A stretch of 64,000 nt of DNA from Macrostomum lignano (Eukaryota): contig NIVC01001326.1 in assembly GCA_002269645.1 (NCBI GenBank), positions 114,841 through 178,840 on the forward strand, given 5' to 3'. Of the stretch, positions 11,601 to 23,600 are shown in pieces. The position numbers were made by a program, and so were the translations under genes. How positions within the stretch are numbered: the first letter of the stretch is position 1; every line of letters begins with the position of its first letter. The notes below the pieces were generated by a model. That model was not told the origin of the DNA and did no database searches. It saw only the letters and a list, made by a program, of their open reading frames with translations.

Positions 11601-14600
11601 AGATAGTGTGAAAGTGTACCAAGCACTCAAATTTACCTATTATAATGTCTTATCTACAGTATAATGATTAATTATCATTTAATACAACCCAGAGATTCGA
11701 CAGACATCCTGAACCGGTAGAGGTCAGACTTGCAAGGGCAATCAGACTGATTGCTAGATCATATTTGAGCAAACAGTGTTCTGGTAGCCTCGGGATTAGA
11801 TTAATAATCGTTGGCTCATATTGAGACCAGGTAGGTCCACGTGACAGGTTGGCGGCTTTGCCTGTTTAAACATCACAGATTTCAGGCCGTGTTTAGCCAG
11901 TGGACTCTGAGTCAGTGAAAGATGAGCTGCCTCCTTTGGCGTATGGAAGTTTTCTATTTATTTGATTGTGTTTGCGCCACTTTTTGAGATGGTTTTGGTT
12001 TTAGCGCCGAGATAACTGTGATAACTAGGATAACCGATAGTTTTAGCGCCATTGAGATTGTTTCGGCGCCATTGGGATAGTATTGGCGCCATCCAAATAG
12101 TTTTGGCGCCATTGGGATAGTTTCGGCGCCATCGGATAGTTTTGGCGCCACTGGAATAGTTTTGGCGCCATCGGATAGTTTTGGCGCCACTGGGATAGTT
12201 TTGGCGCCACTGGGATAGTTTTGGCACCACTGGAATAGTTTTGGCGCCACTGGAATAGTTTTGGCGCCACTGGAATAGTTTTGGCACCACTGGAATAGTT
12301 TTGGCGCCACTGGGATGGTTTTGGCGCCACTGGGATAGTTTTGGCGCCACTGGAATAGTTTTGGCGCCACTGGGATAGTTTTGGCGCCACTGGGATAGTT
12401 TTGGCACCACTGGAATAGTTTTGGCGCCACTGGAATAGTTTTGGCGCCACTGGAATAGTTTTGGCACCACTGGAATAGTTTTGGCGCCACTGGGATAGTT
12501 TTGGCGCCATCAGGATAGTTTTGGTGCCACTAGAATAGTTTTGGCACCACTGGAATAGTTTGGGGGCCACTGGAATAGTTTTGGCACCACTGGGATAGTT
12601 TTGGCGCCACTGGGATAGTTTTGGCGCCATCAGGATAGTTTTGGCGCCACTGGGATAGTTTTGGCGCCACTGGAATAGTTTTGGCGCCACTGGGACAGTT
12701 TTGGCGCCACTGGGATAGTTTTGGCGCCACTGGGATAGTTTTGGCGCCATTAGGATAGTTTTGGCGCCACTGGGATAGTTTTGGCGCCACTGGAATAGTT
12801 TTGGCGCCACTGGGACAGTTTTGGCGCCACTGGGATAGTTTTGGCGCCACTGGGATAGTTTTGGCGCCACTGGGATAGTTTTGGCGCCACTGGGATAGTT
12901 TTGGCGCCACTGGGATAGTTTCAGCGCCACTGTGGCAGTTTCGGCACCATGGGCATAGTTTTGGGATATTAGGTATTTGGATGGCCAATCAGACTCCCTC
13001 ACCAGAGGCAAACTGCACCAGGCTGTACAACACAGGCGGCTCAGTCGAGTTGCCCATCTGCCAGCTGATTTTCACTCGGCCGCCTTTGACAATTTCAGCT
13101 GCCAACCGCACCGGCGCAGCTGGCAGATGCGGGTACAGCCCCGTGATGTCCTCCTGGGTGACGTAACTCTGGCTCAGCGGCTTCGTGGCCGCGTACCGCC
13201 TCTCGGACTCCAGGCTGCGGCCCGACTGGCACACGGCTCGAACAAAGAAGGCGTAGTGCGACTCGGGGATGAGACCGAATAGGCTGGCCTGGGAGGCACC
13301 TGGCACCGGCACCCTGCTTGCGGGGGCGGGGGGGAGGGGGACTGTTGGCGGAATCTCACTGGAATCTCACTGGAATCTAATCTAAATCTCCACTTAAATC
13401 TTAGCGGAATCTTGGTAAGAGTTTCAAAAAAATCTCTCTGGAATCTCACAGGAATCTCAAAGGAATCTCACAGAATCTCACTGGAATCTCACTGGGATCT
13501 CACTGGAATCTTACAGGAATCTAAAATTTCACTTATCTCACTGGAATCTCAAGGGAATCTCATTTTAATCACTCTGGAATCTCATTTGAATCACTCTGGA
13601 ATCTCATTTGAATCACTCTGGAATCTCTCTAGAATCTTACTGGAATCTTTTTAGAATGTCACTAGAAATTCACTGTTGTCTCTTTTAAATCTCACTGTAA
13701 TCTCTCTAGAATCTCACTGAAATCTCACCGGAATCTCACAGGAATCTCACAGGAATCTCACAGGGATCTCATTTGAATCTCACTGGAATCTCACTGGAAT
13801 CTCACTGGAACGTCACAAGAATCTCATTTGAATGTCAATGGAATTTCATTGGAATCTCATTTGAATGTCACAGGAATCTCACAGGAATTTCATTCGAATA
13901 TCACTGGAATCTCACTGGAATCTCATTTGAATCTCATTTGAATCTAACTGGAATCTCACTGGAATCTCATTTGAATCTCACTGGAATTTCATTTGAATCT
14001 TACTAGAATCTCATTCGAATCTGATTTGAATCTCACTGGAATCTCATTTGAATCTCACTGGAATCTCATTTGAATCTCACTAGAATCTCATTCGAATCTC
14101 ATTTGAATCTTACTGGAATCTCACTAGAATCTCATTCAAATCTCATTTGAATCTCACTGGAATCTCACTAGAATCTCATTCAAATCTCATTTGAATCTCA
14201 CTGGAATCTCATTGGAATCTCACTGGAACGTCACTGGATTCTCATTTGAATCTCACTGGAATCTCATTGGAATCTCACTGGAACGTCACTGGAATCTCAT
14301 TCGAATGTCATTGAATTACTCCAGAAACGCATAGAGTCGCATATAGTGTTAAAATTGCACAGGAGTTACTGAATAACTGGCATATCAGACCTGAGGGTCG
14401 CCCAGCTCTGCAGCTTGACCTGCTTGTACCAGACGGCGTAGCTCAGCTCCCGACCACCGTCGTAACCGGGCATCCAGCTGAGATGCGCGATGAACGGGTC
14501 GGTGACCACCGTCAGGTTGTACGGCGGCCTCTCTGGCCGAGCTTCTACCAGCAGCTGGGACTCGGCGAAGAGCTGCGCCAAGCTGTTGTTCACCAGGCAC

Positions 14601-17600
14601 TGGTACCTGCCGGAGTCCGTCAGCCGCAGACGGCGGATCGTCAGCGCGTTCGGCAGTCGCTGAATTCGTCTACTGGGGTCGTCGGTGAAGTCGTCGTCTG
14701 GGAGCTGCAGCGGGTCGGCATCTTTGAACCAGAGCACCTCGGCGCCGATGCCCAGGCTGTCCAGGTTGCAGAACAGGCTGGCCTCGCCGCCAACCAGCTG
14801 CTGGATGACCGTCTGCGGCCGTTCCCGCATGTACGGCAGGCCTGGGGGGCGACGAAACACTGCACCGTCACTGTGACTCACTCTGCACCGTCACTGTGAC
14901 TCACTCTGCACCGTCACTGTGACTCACTCTGCACCGTCACTGTGACTCACTCTGCACCGTCACTGTGACTCACTCTGCACCGTCACTGTGACTCACTCTG
15001 CACCGTCACTGTGACTCACTCTGCACCGTAACTGTGACTCACTCTGCACCGTCACTGTGACTCACTCTGCACCGTCACTGTGACTCACTCTGCACCGTCA
15101 CTGTGACTCACTCTGCACCGTCACTGTGACTCACACTGCACCGTCACTGTGACTCACTCTGCACCGTCACTGTGACTCACTCTGCACCGTCACTGTGACT
15201 CACTCTGCACCAGCACCCGCATCAGCAGTGACTCACTCTGCACCAGCACCCGCATCAGCAGTGACTCACTCTGCACCAGCACCCGCATCAGCAGTGACTC
15301 ACTCTGCACCAGCACCCGCATCAGCAGTGACTCACTCTGCACCAGCACCCGCATCAGCAGTGACTCACTCTGCACCAGCACCCGCATCAGCAGTGACTCA
15401 CTCTGCACAAGCACCCGCATCAGCAGTGACTCACTCTGCACCAGCACCCGCATCAGCAGTGACTCACTCTGCACCAGCACCCGCATCAGCAGTGACTCAC
15501 TCTGCACCAGTACCCGGATGTCGTGGCTCCAGTCGCCCCAGCCGAGCAGGTTGAGGCAGCGGCATTTCCACACGCCAGCGTGTCCGGGCCGCACGGAATC
15601 GATTTGCACCTGCGGCTCGGACGTGCCGCCAGCGGACGAATAGTTGTGGGTCCAGACAACCTCGGACACTGGCGGGTTGGCCAGCACTGGGCAGTTAATC
15701 CGGCCAGGCTGCCCCACGGCTAGGAACTGAGTCCTCTGCTCTGAGCCTTCGAACAAAGGCGGATAAATGACGTCAACATAGGCGCTGGCGTGCGGCGGGT
15801 TGCTACGGCCGTTGCTAGGGACGCAGCGGTACCAGCCGGTGTCGTGCCGCATCAGGGTCGGTATGACCAGGGTGCCGTTGTCGATGTAGTAGCGGTGGCG
15901 CAGGGCTCCGAGCAGGCGGAGGTCCCGGCCGGACCGGAACCAGGTGTAGCTGATGTTGCCCGGGTGTCCGGTGGCCGAGCAGGTCAGCTCGAGTCTCTGG
16001 CCGACCTTCTTTGTCACGTTGGCCGGGGACACTTGAATATAGACTCCGCCTGGAGAGGATTAAAGATTTCGGGGCTATTGTTGCTGGGGTCTTTCTAGAG
16101 CCGAAAATGAGATCAAGGTGCCAAGTTTAGAAGCTACCTGAGTTATCCCTAGATGTTAGCTCCACATCCGTAGATTTTAGCGCCCATCATTCTTAGATTT
16201 TAGCGCCACATCATCATTAGATTTTAGCGCCACATCATCCTTTTATGTTAGCGCCACATCATCCTTAGATTTTAGCGCCACATCATCCTTTTATGTTAGC
16301 GCCACATCATCCTTAGATTTTAGCGCCACATCATCCTTAGATTTTAGCGCACATCATGATTTTAGCGCCACATCATCCTTAGATTTTAGCGCCACATCAT
16401 CCTTAGATTTTAGCGCCACATCATCCTTAGATTTTAGCGCCACATCATCCTTAGATTTTAGCGCACATCATGATTTTAGCGCCACATCATCCTTAGATTT
16501 TAGCGCCACATCATCCTTAGATTTTAGCGCCACATCATCCTTAGATTTTAGCGCCACTTTACTCACCCTCGATGAGCAGGGTCACGTGAGCTCGATCCGT
16601 CCCGAACTTGTTGCTAGCCTGGCACTCGAACAAGCCGCCATGTTGAAAACCCACCGATGCGATGCTCAGCTGCCCGGAGGCCGTCACCTGGATGTCGCTG
16701 CCGCCATCGTCGTCGTGGACGGTGTGAGCAACGTCGGGTCGGAGCCGACGCCCGTTGTGCAGCCAGGCGACGTCCGGCTGTGGGCGGCCGCGGGCCCGGC
16801 AGTTCAGCGTCAGGCTGGAGTGCGGCCGCCGGACAATCGCCGCAGGGAGCTGCGTGAGGATTTTCGGCCTCTCTGCGGATCGGTGGAAGGGATGTACTGG
16901 GAATGTACTAGGTATGTACTGGGAATGTGCAGGGTATGTACTGGGGATGTACTGGGAATGTACTGGGAATGTACTGGGGATGTACTGGGAATGTAGTGGG
17001 ATGTACTGGGGATGTACTGGGGATGTACTGGGAATGTACTGGGGATGTACTGGGAATGTACTGGGGATGTACTGGGAATGTACTGGATATGTACTGGGAA
17101 TGTACTGGGGATGTACTGGGGATGTACTGGGGATGTACTGGGAATGTACTGGGGATGTACTGGGGATGTACTGGGGATGTACTGGGAATGTGCAGGGTAT
17201 GTACTGCGGATAAGACACTGTGTGCACCCACTAAGCTGGGAGTGGAGCATCAGAAATTGAATATTTGAACTTCAATTGAAGCGTAAAGCTTTGGCACTTT
17301 GGCACTAGGCGCAGCAATGCTGTACGCAGGCAGGCATGTACACTCTCTGGGCCTTGGGGGTCGGCACTCATGGGTGTGAATCGCCCTACCAGCTCCAAAT
17401 GAATGCGTTTGCGAACGGAATCGAACTAAGGGTCGTGTCATTGGCTCCGAGTTCATAGTTGACACAGTCGCCACCAACTCACACACAATGGCAGAAAATA
17501 TCCCAACTATTCTACACTCCAGCCAATCTGCTCAGAAAATGCACCAGAAAAAACCTGCACCAACCATTGAGTGAAAGTGAATTTACGGAATAGCCAAGTC

Positions 17601-20600
17601 TGTGTGAATGAGTTGCCAATAAGCTTTGGTCCAGTTGGCGGCTAACTCCATTGAAACAATGGGTCATCAGCCTGAATGAATTGTAGTTGGAGGGCACAGA
17701 TGACTGGGGCAGGAACTCCTTGATTGAAGATCAGTGTGGGAGCCATTGTGTTTCAATCACGGATTGCTGCTGAGAAAGCAGTTTTGCTATCTGCCCGCTG
17801 ATTCTGGGAGCATTAAGAGATGGCGGCTTCACCGACAGAGAGTGACAGAATGAGGGACAGTCACTGACAGACAGTGACAGAATGAGGGACAGTCACTGAC
17901 AGACAGTGACAGAATGAGGGACAGTCACTGACAGACAGTGACAGAATGAGGGACAGTCACTGACAGACAGTGACAGAATGAGGGACAGTCACTGGCAGAC
18001 AGTGACAAAATGGGGAACAGTCACTGACAGACTATGATAGAATGGGGGAAGTTACAGACAGACAGTGACAGAATGCGGGACAGTCACTGACAGACAGTGA
18101 CCGAATGAGGGACAGTCACTGACAAAGAGTGACCGAATGAGGGACAGTTACTGACAAAGAGTGACAGAAAGAGGGAGTCACTGACAGACAGTGACCGAAT
18201 GAGGAAAAGTCACTGACAGACAGTGACCGAATGAGGGACAGTCACTGACAAAGAGTGACCGAATGAGGGACAGTTACTGACAAAGAGTGACAGAAAGAGG
18301 GAGTCACTGACAGACAGTAACCGAATGAGGGAAAGTCACTGACAGACAGTGACAGAATGTGGTACAGTCACTGGCAGACTGTGACAGAATGAGGAACAGT
18401 CATTGACAAAAAGTGACAGAATGAGGGAAAGTCACTGACAGACAGTGACAGAATGTGGGATAGTCACTGACAAGAGTGACAGAATGCGGGATAGTCACTG
18501 ACAAGAGTGACAAAATGGGGGATAGTCACTGACAAGAGTGACAGAATGCGGGATAGTCACTGACAAGAGTGACAGAATGCGGGATAGTCACTGACAAGAG
18601 TGACAGAATGCGGGATAGTCACTGACAAGAGTGACAGAATGCGGGATAGTCACTGACAAGAGTGACAGAATGCGGGATAGTCACTGACAAGAGTGACAAA
18701 ATGGGGGACAGTCACTGACAAGAGTGACAGAATGCGGGATAGTCACTGACAAGAGTGACAGAATGCGGGATAGTCACTGACAAGAGTGACAGAATGCGGG
18801 ATAGTCACTGACAAGAGTGACAGAATGCGGGATAGTCACTGACAAGAGTGACAGAATGCGGGATAGTCACTGACAAGAGTGACAGAATGCGGGATAGTCA
18901 CTGACAAGAGTGACAGAATGCGGGATAGTCACTGACAAGAGTGACAGAATGCGGGATAGTCACTGACAAGAGTGACAGAATGCGGGATAGTCACTGACAA
19001 GAGTGACAGAATGCGGGATAGTCACTGACAAGAGTGACAGAATGCGGGATAGTCACTGACAAGAGTGACAGAATGCGGGATAGTCACTGACAAGAGTGAC
19101 AAAATGGGGGACAGTCACTGACAAGAGTGACAGAATGCGGGATAGTCACTGACAAGAGTGACAGAATGCGGGATAGTCACTGACAAGAGTGACAGAATGC
19201 GGGATAGTCACTGACAAGAGTGACAGAATGCGGGATAGTCACTGACAAGAGTGACAGAATGCGGGATAGTCACTGACAAGAGTGACAGAATGCGGGATAG
19301 TCACTGACAAGAGTGACAGAATGCGGGATAGTCACTGACAAGAGTGACAGAATGCGGGATAGTCACTGACAAGAGTGACAGAATGCGGGATAGTCACTGA
19401 CAAGAGTGACAGAATGCGGGATAGTCACTGACAAGAGTGACAGAATGCGGGATAGTCACTGACAAGAGTGACAGAATGCGGGATAGTCACTGACAAGAGT
19501 GACAAAATGGGGGACAGTCACTGACAAGAGTGACAGAATGCGGGATAGTCACTGACAAGAGTGACAGAATGCGGGATAGTCACTGACAAGAGTGACAGAA
19601 TGCGGGATAGTCACTGACAAGAGTGACAGAATGCGGGATAGTCACTGACAAGAGTGACAGAATGCGGGATAGTCACTGACAAGAGTGACAGAATGCGGGA
19701 TAGTCACTGACAAGAGTGACAAAATGGGGGACAGTCACTGACAGACAGTGACAGAATGCGGATGTGACAGTCGCTCCAGCTGGCTAAAAATAGAGTAAAG
19801 TTTTACGAAGCCATTCAGAAAGCAGCCAGAGATTTTGCAAGTCTCAAAGAATGGACAGCAGGGAGCTCTCAAGAGCCATCTATTCTTGAAGCATTTTGTC
19901 TGCGGCGGCAACGAAAAGAAGAGGCCGCCAATTCACGGGATTTTCAAACAGCTCGAAGCAGCAGCCACTTGACATGCTCTTGACTTTGAGTTTCTCCCAG
20001 TTGCTGTGCTCTGCTTGTCGAAGCGTGAAGCACTCGCTAACCTTCTGAACACCAAGCCCTGCCAGCTCCAGACGGCACTCACCGAAGTCCACTCCATCGC
20101 TGCAATTCACGCAGCCAGCAAGCAGCAAAAGAAACTGCAGCCTCCTAAACAACTTCATCAAGACTGCAGCTGTCAGTCGCGAGTTCGCAGTGTTTTAAAA
20201 AGCAAATTGAGAAAGGAATCTGCAGGGCTTTGGTTTCCTCAGCGTTGAGAACTGCGACTCAACCGCCTACTAAATGCAGTCTAGCGCACAATTGTCCGGC
20301 CCCCCGCTGAGGGACAGATGATGATGGAGAATAGGAAGCTGGGGAGGCGGCAGGAAGCCAGGTGGGGTCCCTCTGCAGGTCAGCAGCTGACTGATTTGAG
20401 CTGCACCTCTGGGCCAATTGGGATTCTGGCTGGCCATCCCTAATCCTGAAGTGCCCCACCCCTTCAACCTGTCCAGCTCTCAGCTTCTTCCTTTTTATAC
20501 TCGGCTCAAAAAGTGTGTGTGCAGACAAAAACTTTTTCACGCGGTAGCCAGCTTCACACCTCTACTGTCGGAGCCGGGTGCCGAAGCCATGCGAGAAAAT

Positions 20601-23600
20601 AATTTATAACAGCGAGAACACGCCAGTTTAATTTTAACAAAAATTTTCCTATATAGTTCTGATGGACACAGCCTGGGCTATCAATCAGATGGCTTCACTT
20701 GATTGCATTTTAATAGACTCGAATTGGGACTGGGGCCGCCGTTTTAAATTAACCTTCCTCTCTTGCTATCGAGCCAACCTTTGACAGGTTGTTGGCGTAA
20801 AGTACATTTGCAATGCAGTTAGAGTTAAGAGCTCAGAAGGTCAAAGTGTACATTCTAAATGGAACAGCAGTTGGGGTGTAAATTCTAAATGGAACAGCAG
20901 TTGGGATGTACATTCTAAATGGAACAGCAGGTGGGATGTACATTCTAAATGGAACAGCAGTTGGGGTGTACATTCTAAATGGAACATCAGGTGGGATGTA
21001 CATTCTAAATGGAACAGCAGGTGGGGTGTACATTCTAAACGGAAAAGCAGGTGGGATGTACATTCTAAATGGAACAGCAGGTGGGGTGTACATTCTAAAT
21101 GGAACAGCAGGTGGGATGTACATTCTAAATGGAACAGCAGGTGGGATGTACATTCTAAATGGAACAGCAGGTGGGGTGTACATTCTAAACGGAAAAAGCA
21201 GGTGGGTGTACATTCCTAACAGATGAAAAAGCCATCCGCAAAGTCCGTACTCAGATTTGCGAGCCCAGTTTCTGATTGACAGCTTGACCAGCCTAGCAGC
21301 AGCAGCAGCAGCGGTCCTCTATCTATCTGTTTATTCATATCTTGCCGACTCCTCATATTCATATCTCAAGCTGATCCATCCTGGGCAAATGAAATTTCCA
21401 GTTCCTGGGGACAGTGGGGAAGTTTCTCGATGTCTGCTTCTCGGCTCCATCAGTTCATATCTTCCTGTGCAGTTGCAAGTGCAGCAAAAGAGCTCAGCGT
21501 GAGCAGTCAGATGACCATTTAAATCAATCATCGCTCCGGTCGCTTCTGGCCCACTGCTGCCACCGAAGCGCCAGGATTGACGGAATTGCAAAAGATGTCA
21601 ATATAAGTATTATAAATATATATGTACGTATGTATATATGTATATGTTTATCCATGCATTTTTGTGAAGCAGAAACTTTAGTACGCTCGTATACACATGC
21701 TAATACTTATACCTTTTCACTTCACTGCATGAAGACAGAGCTAAAGAATTAATATTATCTATAGTAGTTTTCGTGTCTGTATAAATTGTGTTCGAAGAAT
21801 CTCATTTTTAGATATGAAAAAATTTCGTGACTGCAACTATGATTCTCGTGAGGTGGATGCAATGTACATTACCGGGGAAGAGAGTAAATCGATATTATCG
21901 TGAGGTAGCTCCAATGTACATGATCGGGGAAGAGATTAAATCGATATTATCGTGAGGTAGCTGCTATGTACATTACCGGGGAAGAGAGTAAATCGATATT
22001 ATCGTGAGGTAGGCGCAATGTACTTTATCACGAAGTGAATGCATTGTACATTATCACGACGCGTTGGCGTGTGTAGCTTTGTTTTCGCAGATGAAGTTTA
22101 CATTTTAGTCGGCCAAACGCTAACAAAAATACACTTTCAAATGCGGTCAATTTTTAGCGAGTTCGTGACAAGTGCCTGCCATGTGACTCCATTCGAATCG
22201 CGTAATTAATCAAGTCTAATTCAATCAGGACTAGACGGCCTAGAACTTTAGAGAAATTTTTATCCAGACCTTGCATACAAAGCCAGCTCTCTCCTCGGTT
22301 GCCAAGCCGCAAAATTACCAGAACGTTCCGGGGAACTTTTAGCGGCCCCGAAAAAGATTACTATAGTAGCTTAACTAACTGGCAAACAGGACAGGACAGC
22401 CGGGCCTCAAAGGAGGGAGCCTCCGCTTCACGCTTGAGCGCCAACGCGGGGGTTCTCAGGCTTCGGGTCATGCGTTCGAGCTGGATTTTGGTTCAACAGA
22501 GAGCTCTCTTGTGACGACCCTCTGAACAACACTGACAAGTCTTTTATAGTTCCCCAGTGCAGCCCACAGTTCTGCTCTGGCCTACTAAAAGGCAATTCAA
22601 GTGCACTCGAACTAATGCGCTTTTCTTGAGACTGGGCTGTTTAAATCAATTTCTATTGCTGTTATTGATCGACTGTCATGGGAAATCCTGTTCGGGAAAT
22701 CCTGTTCGGGAAATCCTGTTCGGGAAATCCTGTTCGGGAAATCCTGTCTGGGAGATCCTGTCTGGGAAATCTTGTCTGGGAAATCCTGTCTGGGAAATCT
22801 TGTCTGGGAAATCCTGTCTGGGAAATCCTGTCTGGGAAATCCTGTCTGCGAAATCTTGTTTGGAAATCCTGTCTATGAAATCTTGTTCGGGAAATAATGT
22901 CTGCGAAATCTTGTTCGGAAATCCTGTCTATGAAATCTTGTTCGGGAAAAATTGTCTGGGAAATACTTCCTAGGAAATCCCGTCTGGGAAATCCTGTCTG
23001 GGAAATATTGTCTGGGAAATCCTGTCTGGGAAATCCTGTCTGGGAAATCCTGTCTGCGAAATCTTGTTTGGAAATCCTGTCTATGAAATCTTGTTCGGGA
23101 AATAATGTCTGCGAAATCTTGTTCGGAAATCCTGTCTATGAAATCTTGTTCGGGAAAAATTGTCTGGGAAATACTTCCTAGGAAATCCCGTCTGGGAAAT
23201 CCTGTCTGGGAAATCTTGTCTGGGAAATCCTGTCTGGGAAATCCTGTCTGGGAAATCCTGTCTGCGAAATCTTGTTTGGAAATCCTGTCTAGGAAATCTT
23301 GTTCGGGAAATAATGTCTGCGAAATCTTGTTTGGAAATCCTGTCTATGAAATCTTGTTCGGGAAATAATGTCTGCGAAATCTTGTTCGGAAATCCTGTCT
23401 AGGAAATCTTGTTCGGGAAATAATGTCTGGGAAATACTTCCTAGGAAATCCCGTCTGGGAAATCCTGTCTGGGAAATCCTGTCTGGGAAATCCTGTCTGG
23501 GAAATCATGTCTGGGAAATACTGTCTAGGAAATCCTGTCTGGGAAATCTTGTCTGGGAAATCCTGTCTGGGAAATCTTTTCTGGGAAATCCTGTCTGCGA

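Noticed and set aside
9771-13011. 300-500-aa SLHCLPCH and WRQNYPSG ORFs
   Set aside because: Frames of 20-bp intronic arrays.
19880-20161. 93-aa standalone secreted protein (weak crystallin-like look)
   Set aside because: Resemblance is too weak; a consensus phase-1 donor after codon 25 favours the alternative first-exon reading, though a nested gene is not excluded.
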